From NCBI GenBank assembly GCA_045863855.1, contig BTVV01000049.1, positions 1 to 40,843 of the forward strand: 40,843 nt of DNA, in the 5' to 3' direction. Of the stretch, positions 17,000-27,105 are shown in pieces. Position numbers and translations under genes: made by a program. Each line of letters starts with the position of its first letter. The stretch's first letter is position 1. The notes below the pieces were generated by a model, which was given only the letters and a program-made list of their open reading frames with translations, made no database searches and was not told where the DNA came from. Source of the DNA: Planctomycetota bacterium. Lineage in GTDB: Bacteria > Planctomycetota > SZUA-567 > H5-PLA8.

Positions 17000-17846
17000 G
17001 GGCCGAACTCCGCGTCGCGGCCGGCATGGCTGCCAGCACGCCGCTCGATTCGCCCGCGCGCGCGGCCACGGCGTGGCGCCGCAGCACGACAAGCTGTTCG
17101 CCGTGAAGGTCCCCGTCTCGCGGATCGCGCGGCGTGCCGTCTTCCAGATCGAAGGCCGCTATGTAGTCCAAGTGGCGCGTCCGGTTGACGACCCGGTTCA
17201 GTTCGTCGACCGTCCAAATGCGCAGGACGAATTCGTCGATCAGTTCGGCGGGCGCTTCCGGCACGCCTTGTGTGCGCACGGTCCGGCGCATGCATTCATG
17301 CCCGGTACGCGGGTTCCAATCGAGCGATTCGTAGCGAATCGTGGCCGTTCCGCCCGTGCGGATGGGCACCGGTCCGAGTTCGTGGAGCACCCGCGGCCGC
17401 GGGGCGTCCTGGTCGCGGTCGCGGAAGAAGAGCGTCAGGATCGCCAGGCCGTTGGGCCGGACGTGCGCCTCGATGCTGGCCAGCAGCCCCTCGAAATCGT
17501 CCTTCTCGGGCAGCATGCACGCCGAGCCGCTGGCTTCGAGCGCCACGTCGAACGGGCCGCTCCGAAACGCCAACTGGCGCATATCGCCCTGAGTGACTTC
17601 GGCGCCGAGGGCTCCCAGGTTGTCACGTGCGTATCCCACCATGCGCCTGGACAGGTCGTTCCCGGCCAAGTGCATGCCGCTGTCCGCAAAGGGCAACAGC
17701 CAGTTTCCGGGACCGCACGCCGGATCCATCATGCTCCGGCAGCCGTCTGGAAACTCGTGCTTCAAGATGTTCCGGATCAGTTCCAGGGTTTCGACATCGG
17801 GCGCGCGCAGCGCGTCGTACAACTCCGGGAAATCGTAGAGGTCCAT
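16989..17846 (-). CDS. Class I SAM-dependent methyltransferase
   Basis: DPACGPG motif I, GNDLS..MV, QGDMR, FDVA, HVRPNG. Confidence 0.85.
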   Translation of the reverse strand: MDLYDFPELYDALRAPDVETLELIRNILKHEFPDGCRSMMDPACGPGNWLLPFADSGMHLAGNDLSRRMVGYARDNLGALGAEVTQGDMRQLAFRSGPFDVALEASGSACMLPEKDDFEGLLASIEAHVRPNGLAILTLFFRDRDQDAPRPRVLHELGPVPIRTGGTATIRYESLDWNPRTGHECMRRTVRTQGVPEAPAELIDEFVLRIWTVDELNRVVNRTRHLDYIAAFDLEDGTPRDPRDGDLHGEQLVVLRRHAVAARAGESSGVLAAMPAATRSSAPTA

Positions 17847-18153
17847 AACGGGCGTGAAGCCCCCGAGCCTATGAAAAGGAGCGGGCTGCGTCGAAGGGTC
17901 CTGATCCGCCGTTCCGAAGCAGCTCCCCTGCGCTCCCGTCCGAACGTGCGTGCACGCGCGAACCGCAGCATCCTAGGGACCCCCCCTTGGAAAAGGCAAG
18001 TGTGGGAAACTCAAAAACACGATGCTTACCATCTATTAGCTATCCATAGGGGTATCGCGCGAAATGCTGGATTTCCTGTCCGTTGACGAGGAAAGGCCGC
18101 GCGTGAATTGCTTAAGACAACAGCCAGTGTACTTTAGGCCTGACAGGACACCC

Positions 18154-19797
18154 ATGCGACGCAGCGCTCCCTACGATCTGGCGGTTCAAGCGGTCTTGGC
18201 AGGAGCCTTGCTAGCCCCGCTGGTCTGCGCCTTCCAGGGAGCGGGTTCCTTCGAAGAGGTGTACGGCGCGCATGCCGGTTCGGGTCTTTCCGGGTACATG
18301 TTGGTTGTATCGGATGCCTTTGGGCGCAGTCTCGCCGTCGGCGCGTTGGCGAGCTTGCTCGCGTTGGCGCTGGGGCTGCCCGCCGGCTGGGCGCTCTCGA
18401 GCCGCTCCGGTTCGATGCTGCCTTGGGCGCTCGCGGCGTTGCCGTTGGCGCTGGCGCCTTCGGTCGCGGTGAGCGGTTGGCTCTACTGGATGGCGCCGGA
18501 TACCGTGGCCTCCGCGTTCCGGCTGCTGCCGCCGGGCATGGCCGGGCCCGGACCCCTTTTCTCTCTGCCCGGCGTTGCGCTGATCCTCGGGTTCTCGCTC
18601 TGGCCGGCGATCGCCTTCGAGAGCGCGCCCGCCTTCCGGCGTTTGCGTGGCGAAGGGTACGCCGCGGCGGTGCTGGCCGGTACGCCGGCGCGAGCCTTCT
18701 TTCGCATCGTCTTGCCGCAAGCGCGCCGCGAAGTGCTGGCCGGAACGCTGCTCGTGTTTCTGCTCGCCGCGAGCGATTTCACCGTCGCCTCTCTCCTTCT
18801 CGTTCGCACGCTTCCCGTTGAAGTTCACGACCATCTCGCCATGGCTCGGCCGTCCGCCGCGGCATGGACAGCGCTTCCGTTGCTTGGGGTGTTCCTGATG
18901 CTGGCGGTAGGGTTGCGGCTGACGACCGGCCGGGCTGGCGCGTGGAGCGCCGACGCGCCCGCTGCGTCCGCCGTATCGAACCGCGCGTCGCGCGGCGCTT
19001 GGGCGGTGCTGGGGTTAGGTATCGCCGGCGGCTTTGTGCTTCCGCTGGCCGGTTGTTTTGCGGGCGCGGTCTTCGGCAAGGAAGCGGTCTTTCATGCGCT
19101 GGAATCCGGCTGGCCGGCGTTCTCGGTCTCGGCGCGATTGGCCCTTGGCGCGGCGCTTTTGGCGATGCTGGCCGGCGCGCTGCGCATCGTCTGCTGGCCC
19201 GAGCAGGGCGCCCGGCCGCTGAACGCCGCGGCGCTGCTGCTGCTCACCGTTCCCGGCGCGTTCCTGGCCGCCGGGTTGATGCACATGGACCAGTCGCGGG
19301 CGGTCGAATTCGAACGCTGGGGCGAGGCGGGCGCGGCGCTGAACGCGGCGTGGCCGGCGAGCTTCGTGCTGGCCCTGGGTTATGTCCTGCGCTTTGCGTA
19401 CTTGCCCCTGCGGCTGGCGGAAGAGGGTTTGCGCGGACTCGATCCGGCGCTTCTCGAAACCGCGGCGCTGGCCGGGCATGGACGATTCGCGCGCGGACTT
19501 AACGTCGCGCTGCCGTTGCTGTGGCGGCATCTGGGTGCGGCCGGCGCGCTGGTCTACGTACTGGCGTTGGGCGAGTTACCGGTCTCCAATCCACTCGCGC
19601 CGCCTGGCGCGACGCCGTTGAGCGTTTGGCTGTTCGCTCAACAGCACTACGGCTATACTGAGTCGGTCTTTGCGTTAAGTCTATTGGCGGGCCTGGCGGC
19701 GGTGGCGGTCGTGGGCGTGGCATTCGGCCTGGCGCGGGGCGGATCGTGGGTGCGCCGCCGTGCGGACGGCTGGTCCGAGCAGCGGGGGGCTGCGTGA
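18154..19797 (+). CDS. ABC transporter permease, Fe3+/thiamine (FbpB/ThiP)-type, two fused TM modules
   Basis: Many TM segments and two EAA-type loops (AAVLAG...FFRIVLP; LLETAALAG...VALPL). Start 18154, alternative 18064. Confidence 0.85.
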   Translation: MRRSAPYDLAVQAVLAGALLAPLVCAFQGAGSFEEVYGAHAGSGLSGYMLVVSDAFGRSLAVGALASLLALALGLPAGWALSSRSGSMLPWALAALPLALAPSVAVSGWLYWMAPDTVASAFRLLPPGMAGPGPLFSLPGVALILGFSLWPAIAFESAPAFRRLRGEGYAAAVLAGTPARAFFRIVLPQARREVLAGTLLVFLLAASDFTVASLLLVRTLPVEVHDHLAMARPSAAAWTALPLLGVFLMLAVGLRLTTGRAGAWSADAPAASAVSNRASRGAWAVLGLGIAGGFVLPLAGCFAGAVFGKEAVFHALESGWPAFSVSARLALGAALLAMLAGALRIVCWPEQGARPLNAAALLLLTVPGAFLAAGLMHMDQSRAVEFERWGEAGAALNAAWPASFVLALGYVLRFAYLPLRLAEEGLRGLDPALLETAALAGHGRFARGLNVALPLLWRHLGAAGALVYVLALGELPVSNPLAPPGATPLSVWLFAQQHYGYTESVFALSLLAGLAAVAVVGVAFGLARGGSWVRRRADGWSEQRGAA

Positions 19798-20516
19798 GCA
19801 CGATCGAGTGCCTCGATTTGGCCAAGACACTGGGCGACGGCGAGCGCACCGCCGTGCTGCGCGGCGTGACGTTGCGCGCGAGCGCGGGGCGCTGCGTGGG
19901 CCTCAGCGGCGCGACCGGGGCCGGAAAAACTACGCTGCTGCGTCTGATCGCCGGACTCGAGACGCCCGACCGCGGCGAGATTCGCTTCGACGAGATTGTC
20001 GTCAGCAGCCCCGCGTATTCCGTGCCGGCGGCGCGGCGCCGGATCGGGTTCTGCTTTCAGAGCCTCGGGCTTTGGCCGCACCTGGATGTGGAAGGGCATC
20101 TCGATTTCGCGCTCGCCGCCGCGCCTTTTTCGCCAGACGACCGCAGCCGGCGCAAATGCGAACTCCTCGACGCGTTTCACCTGCGCGATCTGCGCCGCCG
20201 CCGCCCGGCGGTGCTCTCCGGCGGTGAAAAGCATCTTTTAGCGCTGGCACGCGCGCTGGCCGGCGACATCCGCATCCTGCTGCTCGACGAGCCCTTCGCC
20301 GGGCTGGACGGATCGCTGAAGCGCCACGTGATCGAGACGGTGCATCGCATGCGCCGCTCTCGCGGACTGACGACGCTTCTGATCAGCCACGATCTCGCGG
20401 ACTTCAAGGCGCTGTGCGACGAAGTGATTCATCTGCGCGAGGGCCACGTAGCGGCCGTGCACGCGCCGCCGTCCCACGCGCGCGGCACCGAGGGCGGGGG
20501 AGGGGCGCGCCCATGA
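19794..20516 (+). CDS. ABC transporter ATP-binding protein (FbpC/PotA-like, no C-terminal TOBE domain)
   Basis: GATGAGKT, FQ, LSGGE, LLLDEPF, SHD; GTGA overlap with the permease stop. Confidence 0.92.
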   Translation: MSTIECLDLAKTLGDGERTAVLRGVTLRASAGRCVGLSGATGAGKTTLLRLIAGLETPDRGEIRFDEIVVSSPAYSVPAARRRIGFCFQSLGLWPHLDVEGHLDFALAAAPFSPDDRSRRKCELLDAFHLRDLRRRRPAVLSGGEKHLLALARALAGDIRILLLDEPFAGLDGSLKRHVIETVHRMRRSRGLTTLLISHDLADFKALCDEVIHLREGHVAAVHAPPSHARGTEGGGGARP

Positions 20517-21541
20517 GCCGCACCGCCGCTTGGAAATCGGCCGGCCTGCTGATCCTGCTGGCGTTGGGAGCCGCCGCCGCGCTCTGGCGCATCGACCCGC
20601 CGCCTCCGCCGGTAGCGCCGCCGGCCGAACTGGGATCGGACGGCTGGAGCATCGTCGGGCGCGCGGGCTTGGATCTGGGCGGATTCTTCCAGCCCCGCGG
20701 CATCGTGGGGCTGCCCGGCGGTGGATTCATCGTCGTCGATCGCAAAGCGCGCGTGCAGCATTTCGACGCGCGCGGCCAAGCAATCGAACTCTGGACCATG
20801 CAAGAGCACGCCCTCGGGAACCCCAAGGACATCGAACTGCTGCCCAACGGAAACCTCCTGGTCGTCGATACGCATTACGGGCGTGTGCGCGAGATGACGG
20901 TTCACGGCGGGATGGTCAAGTCCTGGGGCGAGCCGGGCTTGGAGCCGGGCCAGTTCACGCATCCCATCGCGATCGCCGTCGACGAGAAGCGGGGTTGGGC
21001 GTATGTCGCCGAGTACGGTGCGTACAACGACCGCATCCAGAAGTTTACCCTCGACGGAAAGCTCGTGAAATTTTGGGGCTCCTTCGGCGAAGCCCCCGGC
21101 CAACTGCGCCGCGCCAGTGGCTTGGCGCTGGACCCCGACGGCAATCTTTGGGTCGCCGACGCGGTCAACCACCGGCTGCAGCGATTCGATCCCGAAGGAA
21201 ATCTCCTGGGCGTCTTCGGCGCGCTGGGTTCCGAGCCCGGTCAATTGCGTTTCCCGTACGACATCGACGCCGACGCGCGGGGCAATTTGTATGTCGCGGA
21301 GTTCGGGAATCACCGCGTCAGCGTCTTTCATCCCGACGGGAGCTTCAGCCACCTGCTGGGCGGGCCGGGGCATACGCCGGGGCTGTTCCATTGTCCTTGG
21401 AGCCTCGCGGTGGACCGGCAGGGCAAACTGCTCGTAAGCGATACGGCCAACCACCGCGTGCAGATCCTGAGTTTGGGCGGCGCAGCGGAGACGCGTGTGG
21501 CGCACGGCGCGCCGAACGGCGGAGGCGCGCATGCTCGATAG
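20513..21541 (+). CDS. Membrane-anchored NHL-repeat beta-propeller protein
   Basis: N-terminal TM/signal, Pro-rich linker, about six repeats of G.F..P.GIA.D..G..YVA...NHR.Q.F; ATGA overlap with the ATPase stop. Confidence 0.9.
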   Translation: MSRTAAWKSAGLLILLALGAAAALWRIDPPPPPVAPPAELGSDGWSIVGRAGLDLGGFFQPRGIVGLPGGGFIVVDRKARVQHFDARGQAIELWTMQEHALGNPKDIELLPNGNLLVVDTHYGRVREMTVHGGMVKSWGEPGLEPGQFTHPIAIAVDEKRGWAYVAEYGAYNDRIQKFTLDGKLVKFWGSFGEAPGQLRRASGLALDPDGNLWVADAVNHRLQRFDPEGNLLGVFGALGSEPGQLRFPYDIDADARGNLYVAEFGNHRVSVFHPDGSFSHLLGGPGHTPGLFHCPWSLAVDRQGKLLVSDTANHRVQILSLGGAAETRVAHGAPNGGGAHAR

Positions 21542-24500
21542 GCTCCTCTTCTGGGTCGTGATCCTGATTCCTCCGCTGGCCGTCTCCATGGCCGCGATGC
21601 AGTACCGCTGGCGGAATCAGTCGCGCGATCGGCGCATGCGCGAAGCGTTGATCGCCGGGGGCGTGCTCCTGGGCGGCTTGATCGCGTTCCTGGCCTGGGA
21701 CCTGACCCGGCACGACGCCGCCGAAATGAGCTTCATCCATTTCCAGAACCCGTACTACCTCCTAGCCGCGCTGCCGCTCTACGGATTGCTGCTCTTCGTC
21801 CAGTGGAAGTCGCTGGCCGGACTGAGCCGCGGGCGCACATGGCTCTCCTTTCTGCTGCGCAGCGCAGTCCTGGTGCTGCTCCTCCTCGCACTGGCCGGAC
21901 TGCAGATGGTTGTCGAGAAGGACGTGATGACGGTGCTCTTCGCGCTGGACCGCTCGAAGAGCGTCTCGCCGCAGGCCGCCGCCGAGGTGCTCGAGTTCGT
22001 CAACCAGACGCTTCCGTCCAAGCCCGCCGACGACAAAGCGGGGCTCGTCGTCTTCGGAGGCCAAGCGGCTCTGGAAGTCTGGCCCAAGCCGACTTTCATG
22101 GCGCCGGAACTGAAGAACCTGCAGTCCGAGATCGAATCGTCGCGCACGAACCTGCAGGCCGCGTTCAAGCGTGCGCGAGCGACCTTCGAAGAAGGAACCA
22201 GCAAACGACTGGTGCTCTTCACCGACGGCCGCGAGACCGAAGGCGATGCGGCGGCCGAATTGCAGCAGCTCAAGCAAAGCGGCGTGGATGTCTGGATCGT
22301 CCCGCTGGGCCGCGACGAAGCCGCCGAGATGCTCGTCGAAGAAGTGAAAGTGCCTACGCAGCTCAAGTGGGAGCAGCCTTTCGACGCGCGCGTATTCATC
22401 CGCAGCAACGTGAACAGCCGCGCCCGGGTGACGCTGAAGACCGGCGAACAGCTCATCGTCTACCCCGAGCCCGTCGACTTGAAGGTGGGCGAACGCACCG
22501 CGGTGGTCTTCCCCGGCCTGAAGCTGCGGCGAGGCGGGCCGCACCAGATCGAGACGCTGATCGAACCGCTCGACGCCCGCGACGATACGCTTGCCGAAAA
22601 CAACCACGCTTACACGTACACCGATGTCGAAACCGACAGCCGCGTCCTGATCCTGACCAGCGATCTGGCCGAAGTGGAGCACCTCGTCGCGGCCTTGGAA
22701 GGCGAAAAGCTGGACCTGGACGTGCGCAGCGGCGCTTCGCTGCCAGAGAATCCCGAGGAATACCGGCGCTACGATTGCATCGTCCTGGCCAACCTGGGCC
22801 GCGGGTTCCTCAGCGAACAGCAGATGTCGGTCATCGAATCCTGCGTGAAAGACCAAGGCGCGGGGCTGGTGATGATCGGCGGCGACCAAAGCTTCGGCGC
22901 GGGCGGATACTTGGGCACGCCCATCGAACGCGCGCTGCCCGTCAGTATGGAGTTAAAAAACCAGAAGATCATGCCTTCGGGCGCGCTGGCGATCGTCTTG
23001 CATACCTGCGAGTTCGCCGACGGGAATTCGTGGGGCAAGAAGATCAGCAAGGCCGCGATCAACGTGCTGAGCGATCAGGACTACGCGGGGCTGCTGTACT
23101 ACGGCGCGATGGGCGGGAACAACTGGCTCTTCCGGCCCACGCTCGCCAGCCGCAAAGGCTGGATGTTCAAAATGATCGACGGCTGTGAGCCGTGGGATAT
23201 GCCCGACTTGGACGGAATCGTCGGCATGGCGGTGCAGGGGCTGGCCGCGCTGCCGCGCGTGAGCTTGAAGCACTGCATCATCATCACCGACGGCGACCCC
23301 AGCCCCCCCAGCACCGCGACGCTGGCCGCCGCCAACCAGCACAAGATCACGATCACCGTCATCACCGTATTCCCGCACGGCGGCGGGGACATCGCCGCGA
23401 TGAAGAACACCGCCGCGCAGACGGGCGGGCGCTACTACAGCCTCGACAAGCCCGGCGACGAGAAGCGTCTGCCGCTGATCTTCATCAAAGAAGCCGCCGT
23501 GGTGCGCAAGAATCTTATCTATAAGGATGAAAAGGGAATTCCCCTGGGCCTCGGATCGCCCGGCGAGATTCTGCGCGACTTCGGAAACGACTACCCCGTG
23601 GTCCGCGCGTTCGTCGTCACCAGCCTCAAGAACCTGAGCGAGCAGCATCTATATACGACGGTGGACGGCGAGAAGGTTCCGATCTTCGCGCGCTGGCGCT
23701 ACGGATTGGGCAAGTCGGTGGCCTTCACCAGCGACGCGACGAACAACTGGGCGCCCAATTGGGTCGCGTGGTCGCGCTATCAGCGTTTCTGGGCCAACAC
23801 GTTCCGCTGGGTCTGCCGGCAGCGCATGCCCAGCCGCCATACTGTCACCGTCAAGAAGGAAGGCAGCTCGGCGCGCGTGATGGTCGAGGCGCTCGACGAG
23901 AAAGGCGACTACGTCAATTTCGCCAAGCTGGTCGGCAACGCCTCCGAGCCCGGGGTGGGCCGCGACCTGGATGCCGCGAGCCACTCGCTGAATTTCGTGC
24001 TCGTCGCGCCCGGACGCTACGAAGCCGAGTTCCCGCTCAATAAGGAAGGCGCGTACACCGTTGCGATCACCGACCTCTCCGACGCCGGCAAGCCCTCGAC
24101 GATCACCACCGGCGTCGCGAACAGCTACTCGCGTGAGTTCCTGCATCTGACGCCCGACGAAAAGCTTTTGACCAAGCTGGGCGAGATTGCCGGTAACGAC
24201 GGCCAATCGAACCTCAAGGAACTGGAGGCGCTGAAAGCGGATCCGTTGAAGGCCGGTGTCTTCAAGCACAACCTGCCGCCGGTGCGCAGCCCCGCGGATC
24301 TCTTCTGGCCGATGCTTTGGATCGCCTTGGCGCTCTTCCCCCTGGACGTGGCCGTGCGCCGGCTGCATATCGAACCCGGCGTGGCGGCCGAATGGATCGG
24401 CCTGCGCATCGCGTGGCTCTTCGGCTTCATGCGCCAGAAGAAGGCCGAACTGGCCGAAGCCGCCGCGAAGGCCGCCGACTCCGCGACCGAAGAACGCCGC

Positions 24501-24743
24501 GCGCCGCCCACACTGATGCCACGCGGCCAGGACAGCCGCAGCGCGCAGAGCCGGTTCGAAAAGGCCGGCGGATCGGCCGAAGCGCAAGCCATGGACTTGA
24601 AGCCCAAGGCCGATGCCGAAAAGCCCAGGGCCATCGGCGGCACCAAGATCAGCGAGGCCGACGAGGCCGCCAGCGAGTACACGCGTAATCTGCTGCGCGC
24701 CAAACGGCGCACGAAAAAGGACGGCGACCAGAACCGGAATTAA
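21531..24743 (+). CDS. Membrane protein with VWA, Ig-like, GATase1-like and second VWA domains
   Basis: N-terminal TMs; DRSKS MIDAS and LFTDG; GAGLVMIGGDQSFGAGGY..TPIE..LPV; second VWA-like region with ITDG; WRYGLGK.VAFTSD; C-terminal TM LFPLDVAVRR. Confidence 0.88.
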   Translation: MLDRLLFWVVILIPPLAVSMAAMQYRWRNQSRDRRMREALIAGGVLLGGLIAFLAWDLTRHDAAEMSFIHFQNPYYLLAALPLYGLLLFVQWKSLAGLSRGRTWLSFLLRSAVLVLLLLALAGLQMVVEKDVMTVLFALDRSKSVSPQAAAEVLEFVNQTLPSKPADDKAGLVVFGGQAALEVWPKPTFMAPELKNLQSEIESSRTNLQAAFKRARATFEEGTSKRLVLFTDGRETEGDAAAELQQLKQSGVDVWIVPLGRDEAAEMLVEEVKVPTQLKWEQPFDARVFIRSNVNSRARVTLKTGEQLIVYPEPVDLKVGERTAVVFPGLKLRRGGPHQIETLIEPLDARDDTLAENNHAYTYTDVETDSRVLILTSDLAEVEHLVAALEGEKLDLDVRSGASLPENPEEYRRYDCIVLANLGRGFLSEQQMSVIESCVKDQGAGLVMIGGDQSFGAGGYLGTPIERALPVSMELKNQKIMPSGALAIVLHTCEFADGNSWGKKISKAAINVLSDQDYAGLLYYGAMGGNNWLFRPTLASRKGWMFKMIDGCEPWDMPDLDGIVGMAVQGLAALPRVSLKHCIIITDGDPSPPSTATLAAANQHKITITVITVFPHGGGDIAAMKNTAAQTGGRYYSLDKPGDEKRLPLIFIKEAAVVRKNLIYKDEKGIPLGLGSPGEILRDFGNDYPVVRAFVVTSLKNLSEQHLYTTVDGEKVPIFARWRYGLGKSVAFTSDATNNWAPNWVAWSRYQRFWANTFRWVCRQRMPSRHTVTVKKEGSSARVMVEALDEKGDYVNFAKLVGNASEPGVGRDLDAASHSLNFVLVAPGRYEAEFPLNKEGAYTVAITDLSDAGKPSTITTGVANSYSREFLHLTPDEKLLTKLGEIAGNDGQSNLKELEALKADPLKAGVFKHNLPPVRSPADLFWPMLWIALALFPLDVAVRRLHIEPGVAAEWIGLRIAWLFGFMRQKKAELAEAAAKAADSATEERRAPPTLMPRGQDSRSAQSRFEKAGGSAEAQAMDLKPKADAEKPRAIGGTKISEADEAASEYTRNLLRAKRRTKKDGDQNRN

Positions 24744-24793
24744 CCTGGAGGGTCCGCCCGGCGGACCGCCACACCAAGAGGAGCGATCGACGC

Positions 24794-25813
24794 ATGGCCA
24801 CCGAACAAGCCGCCGCACCGCAGGTGACGCAACTGGCCGAAGAATTCCGCGCGGCATTTAAAGCCGTGGAAGAGGAAGTCGGAAAGGTGATCGTCGGGCA
24901 CCAGGAAATCGTTCGCGGTGTGCTCACGGTCGTCTTCGCCGGCGGCAACTGCCTGCTGGAAGGCGCGCCGGGGCTGGGCAAGACGATGCTCGTGCGCAGC
25001 CTCTCGCAGGCGCTGGATCTGCGCTTCTCGCGCATCCAGTTCACGCCCGATCTGATGCCCGCCGACATCATCGGCACCACCATTGTGACCGAGACCGAGG
25101 ATCAGAAGCGCGAGATGCGCTTCCAGCCTGGGCCGATCTTCGCGCAGATCGTCCTGGCCGACGAAGTCAACCGCGCCACGCCCAAGACGCAGTCGGCGCT
25201 GCTGGAGGCGATGCAGGAACATTCCGTCACCGTCGGCCGCACGATTTACAAACTCGAGCAGCCCTTCTTCGTGCTTGCTACGCAGAACCCGATCGAACAG
25301 GAAGGCACGTACCCGCTGCCCGAAGCGCAGCTCGACCGCTTCCTCTTCAAGCTCAACGTCGGCTACTCGGGCCGCCAGGATCTTGCCGAGATTCTGCGGC
25401 GCACCACCGAAGCTCGGACCGTTGAATGCCAAAAGGTTATCGACGGGCCGGGGCTGTTGAAGCACCGCAAGTTCGTGCGTCAGGCGCTGATCGCGCCGCC
25501 GGTGCAGGATTACGCGGTGCGGTTGGTGCTGGCCACGATTCCTGGCGGCGAATTTGCTACCGAGGCGACGAACAAATACGTCCGCTTCGGCGCTTCGCCC
25601 CGCGGCGCGCAGGCCCTGGTCCTGGCCGCCAAAATCCAGGGTCTGCTCGACGGGCGCTACCACGCGAGCTTCGAAGACATCCAGGCCGTCGCCAAGCACG
25701 CGCTGCGCCACCGTATCATCCTGAACTTTGAGGCCGAGGCCGAAGGCGTGACCGCCGACGACGTGGTGACCGAACTGATGAAAGCCGTGCCGATGCAGGT
25801 GGACGAGGCGTAG
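24794..25813 (+). CDS. moxR: MoxR-family AAA+ ATPase
   Basis: LLEGAPGLGKT, RIQFTPDLMPADI.G, LADEVNRATPKTQSALLEAMQE, ATQNPIEQEGTYPLPEAQLDRF, GASPRG, LRHR. Confidence 0.96.
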   Translation: MATEQAAAPQVTQLAEEFRAAFKAVEEEVGKVIVGHQEIVRGVLTVVFAGGNCLLEGAPGLGKTMLVRSLSQALDLRFSRIQFTPDLMPADIIGTTIVTETEDQKREMRFQPGPIFAQIVLADEVNRATPKTQSALLEAMQEHSVTVGRTIYKLEQPFFVLATQNPIEQEGTYPLPEAQLDRFLFKLNVGYSGRQDLAEILRRTTEARTVECQKVIDGPGLLKHRKFVRQALIAPPVQDYAVRLVLATIPGGEFATEATNKYVRFGASPRGAQALVLAAKIQGLLDGRYHASFEDIQAVAKHALRHRIILNFEAEAEGVTADDVVTELMKAVPMQVDEA

Positions 25814-25815
25814 CG

Positions 25816-26172
25816 ATGGGCGGTATGTCATCGGGCGAATTGGAAGCGCAACTCGTCGTGAAGCATCGAGCCGAGTTGCCTTGGATTTGGACGGTAAGCG
25901 CAGTTTGTGTAATCGGGCCGCATTTGGTCTGGCCGGGAGCGGTGGAGAACGAACAACACGCGTTTGCGCATGTGTGTTTTTCTTCGTTTGGGTTAGTTGC
26001 CGCGTTCTGGGGGTTGCTAAAGTTCTTCTTTTTGTACCGAGGCGCGGTGCCCTTGGAAAAAGCCTTCGGCGTATTGGTGGGGATGTTTTGGGTCTTGGCA
26101 GTAACGGCTTATTGGTCCCTGCTTTGGAGTGCCATTTGGCGTGCGGTGCTGAGTAACTGGGTCGAGCATTGA
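25816..26172 (+). CDS. Small hypothetical membrane protein (about 3 TM), atypical composition
   Basis: Fills the moxR-DUF58 gap; hydrophobic; T-rich codon usage unlike its neighbours. Confidence 0.6.
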   Translation: MGGMSSGELEAQLVVKHRAELPWIWTVSAVCVIGPHLVWPGAVENEQHAFAHVCFSSFGLVAAFWGLLKFFFLYRGAVPLEKAFGVLVGMFWVLAVTAYWSLLWSAIWRAVLSNWVEH

Positions 26173-26192
26173 AGGAAAGATTGGATACGACC

Positions 26193-27101
26193 ATGGCAAT
26201 CACGGCCGCCTCCACGAAGTCCGGCGCCCTTCTGACACCCGAATTTATGGCGCGGTTGGACGCGCTGGCCGTGGTTTCGAAAAAGATCCTCGCCGGAAAG
26301 TTACGCGGCGAACGCCGCAGCCGCAAAAAAGGCGAGTCGATGGAATTCGCCGACTACCGCAACTATTCGCAGGGGGACGACCTGCGCCGGATCGATTGGA
26401 GCCTCTTCGCGCGCCTGGAACGCCTTTTCCTGAAGCTCTATCAAGCCGAGGAAGATCTGAGCGTCTACATACTCGTCGATGCCAGCGCCTCGATGGACTT
26501 CGGCGGCGTCAACAAGTTCGACTACGCGCGCAAGGTCGCCGCTGCGGTGGCCTACATCGGCATCGCCAACCTAGACCGCGTCAGCATCGGGGTATACGGC
26601 GGCGGCGGCGAAGAGCACGTGATGCCCGATATTCGCGGCAAAAAGCAGGTCCTGCGCCTCTTTAAATTCCTCTCCGAGATTAAGCCGCACGGGCAAACCG
26701 ACCTCGTCGATGCCTGCAAGCGTTTCATTTTGCGCAACCGCCGGCCGGGCATCTGCCTGCTCGTCAGCGATTTCCTCGACCCCAACGGCTTCGAAGGTCC
26801 GCTTAAAGCGCTCGTCGCCAACCGCATGGACACCTTCGCCGTCCACGTGCTCGCACCCGAAGAAGTCGATCCGACGCTGGCCGGGGATTTTATGCTCGTG
26901 GACAGCGAAACCGGCGAACGCCTCGACGTAACGGCCTCGCGCACGCTGGTCGAGAACTACCAGAAGACCGTGCGCGGCTTCTGCAGTTCGCTGCAGCAGT
27001 TCTGCGCGGCGCGCGACGTGACGTACCTCTTTGCATCGACCGATCTTCCGTTCGAAGTGCTGGTGCTCAACTACCTGCGCACCGCCGGGCTGGTGAGGTA
27101 G
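26193..27101 (+). CDS. DUF58 / VWA protein (MoxR partner)
   Basis: G.SMEFADYRNY..GDDLRRIDW, DASASM, VSDF, DSETGE. Start 26193, alternative 26169. Confidence 0.93.
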   Translation: MAITAASTKSGALLTPEFMARLDALAVVSKKILAGKLRGERRSRKKGESMEFADYRNYSQGDDLRRIDWSLFARLERLFLKLYQAEEDLSVYILVDASASMDFGGVNKFDYARKVAAAVAYIGIANLDRVSIGVYGGGGEEHVMPDIRGKKQVLRLFKFLSEIKPHGQTDLVDACKRFILRNRRPGICLLVSDFLDPNGFEGPLKALVANRMDTFAVHVLAPEEVDPTLAGDFMLVDSETGERLDVTASRTLVENYQKTVRGFCSSLQQFCAARDVTYLFASTDLPFEVLVLNYLRTAGLVR

Positions 27102-27105
27102 CGCG

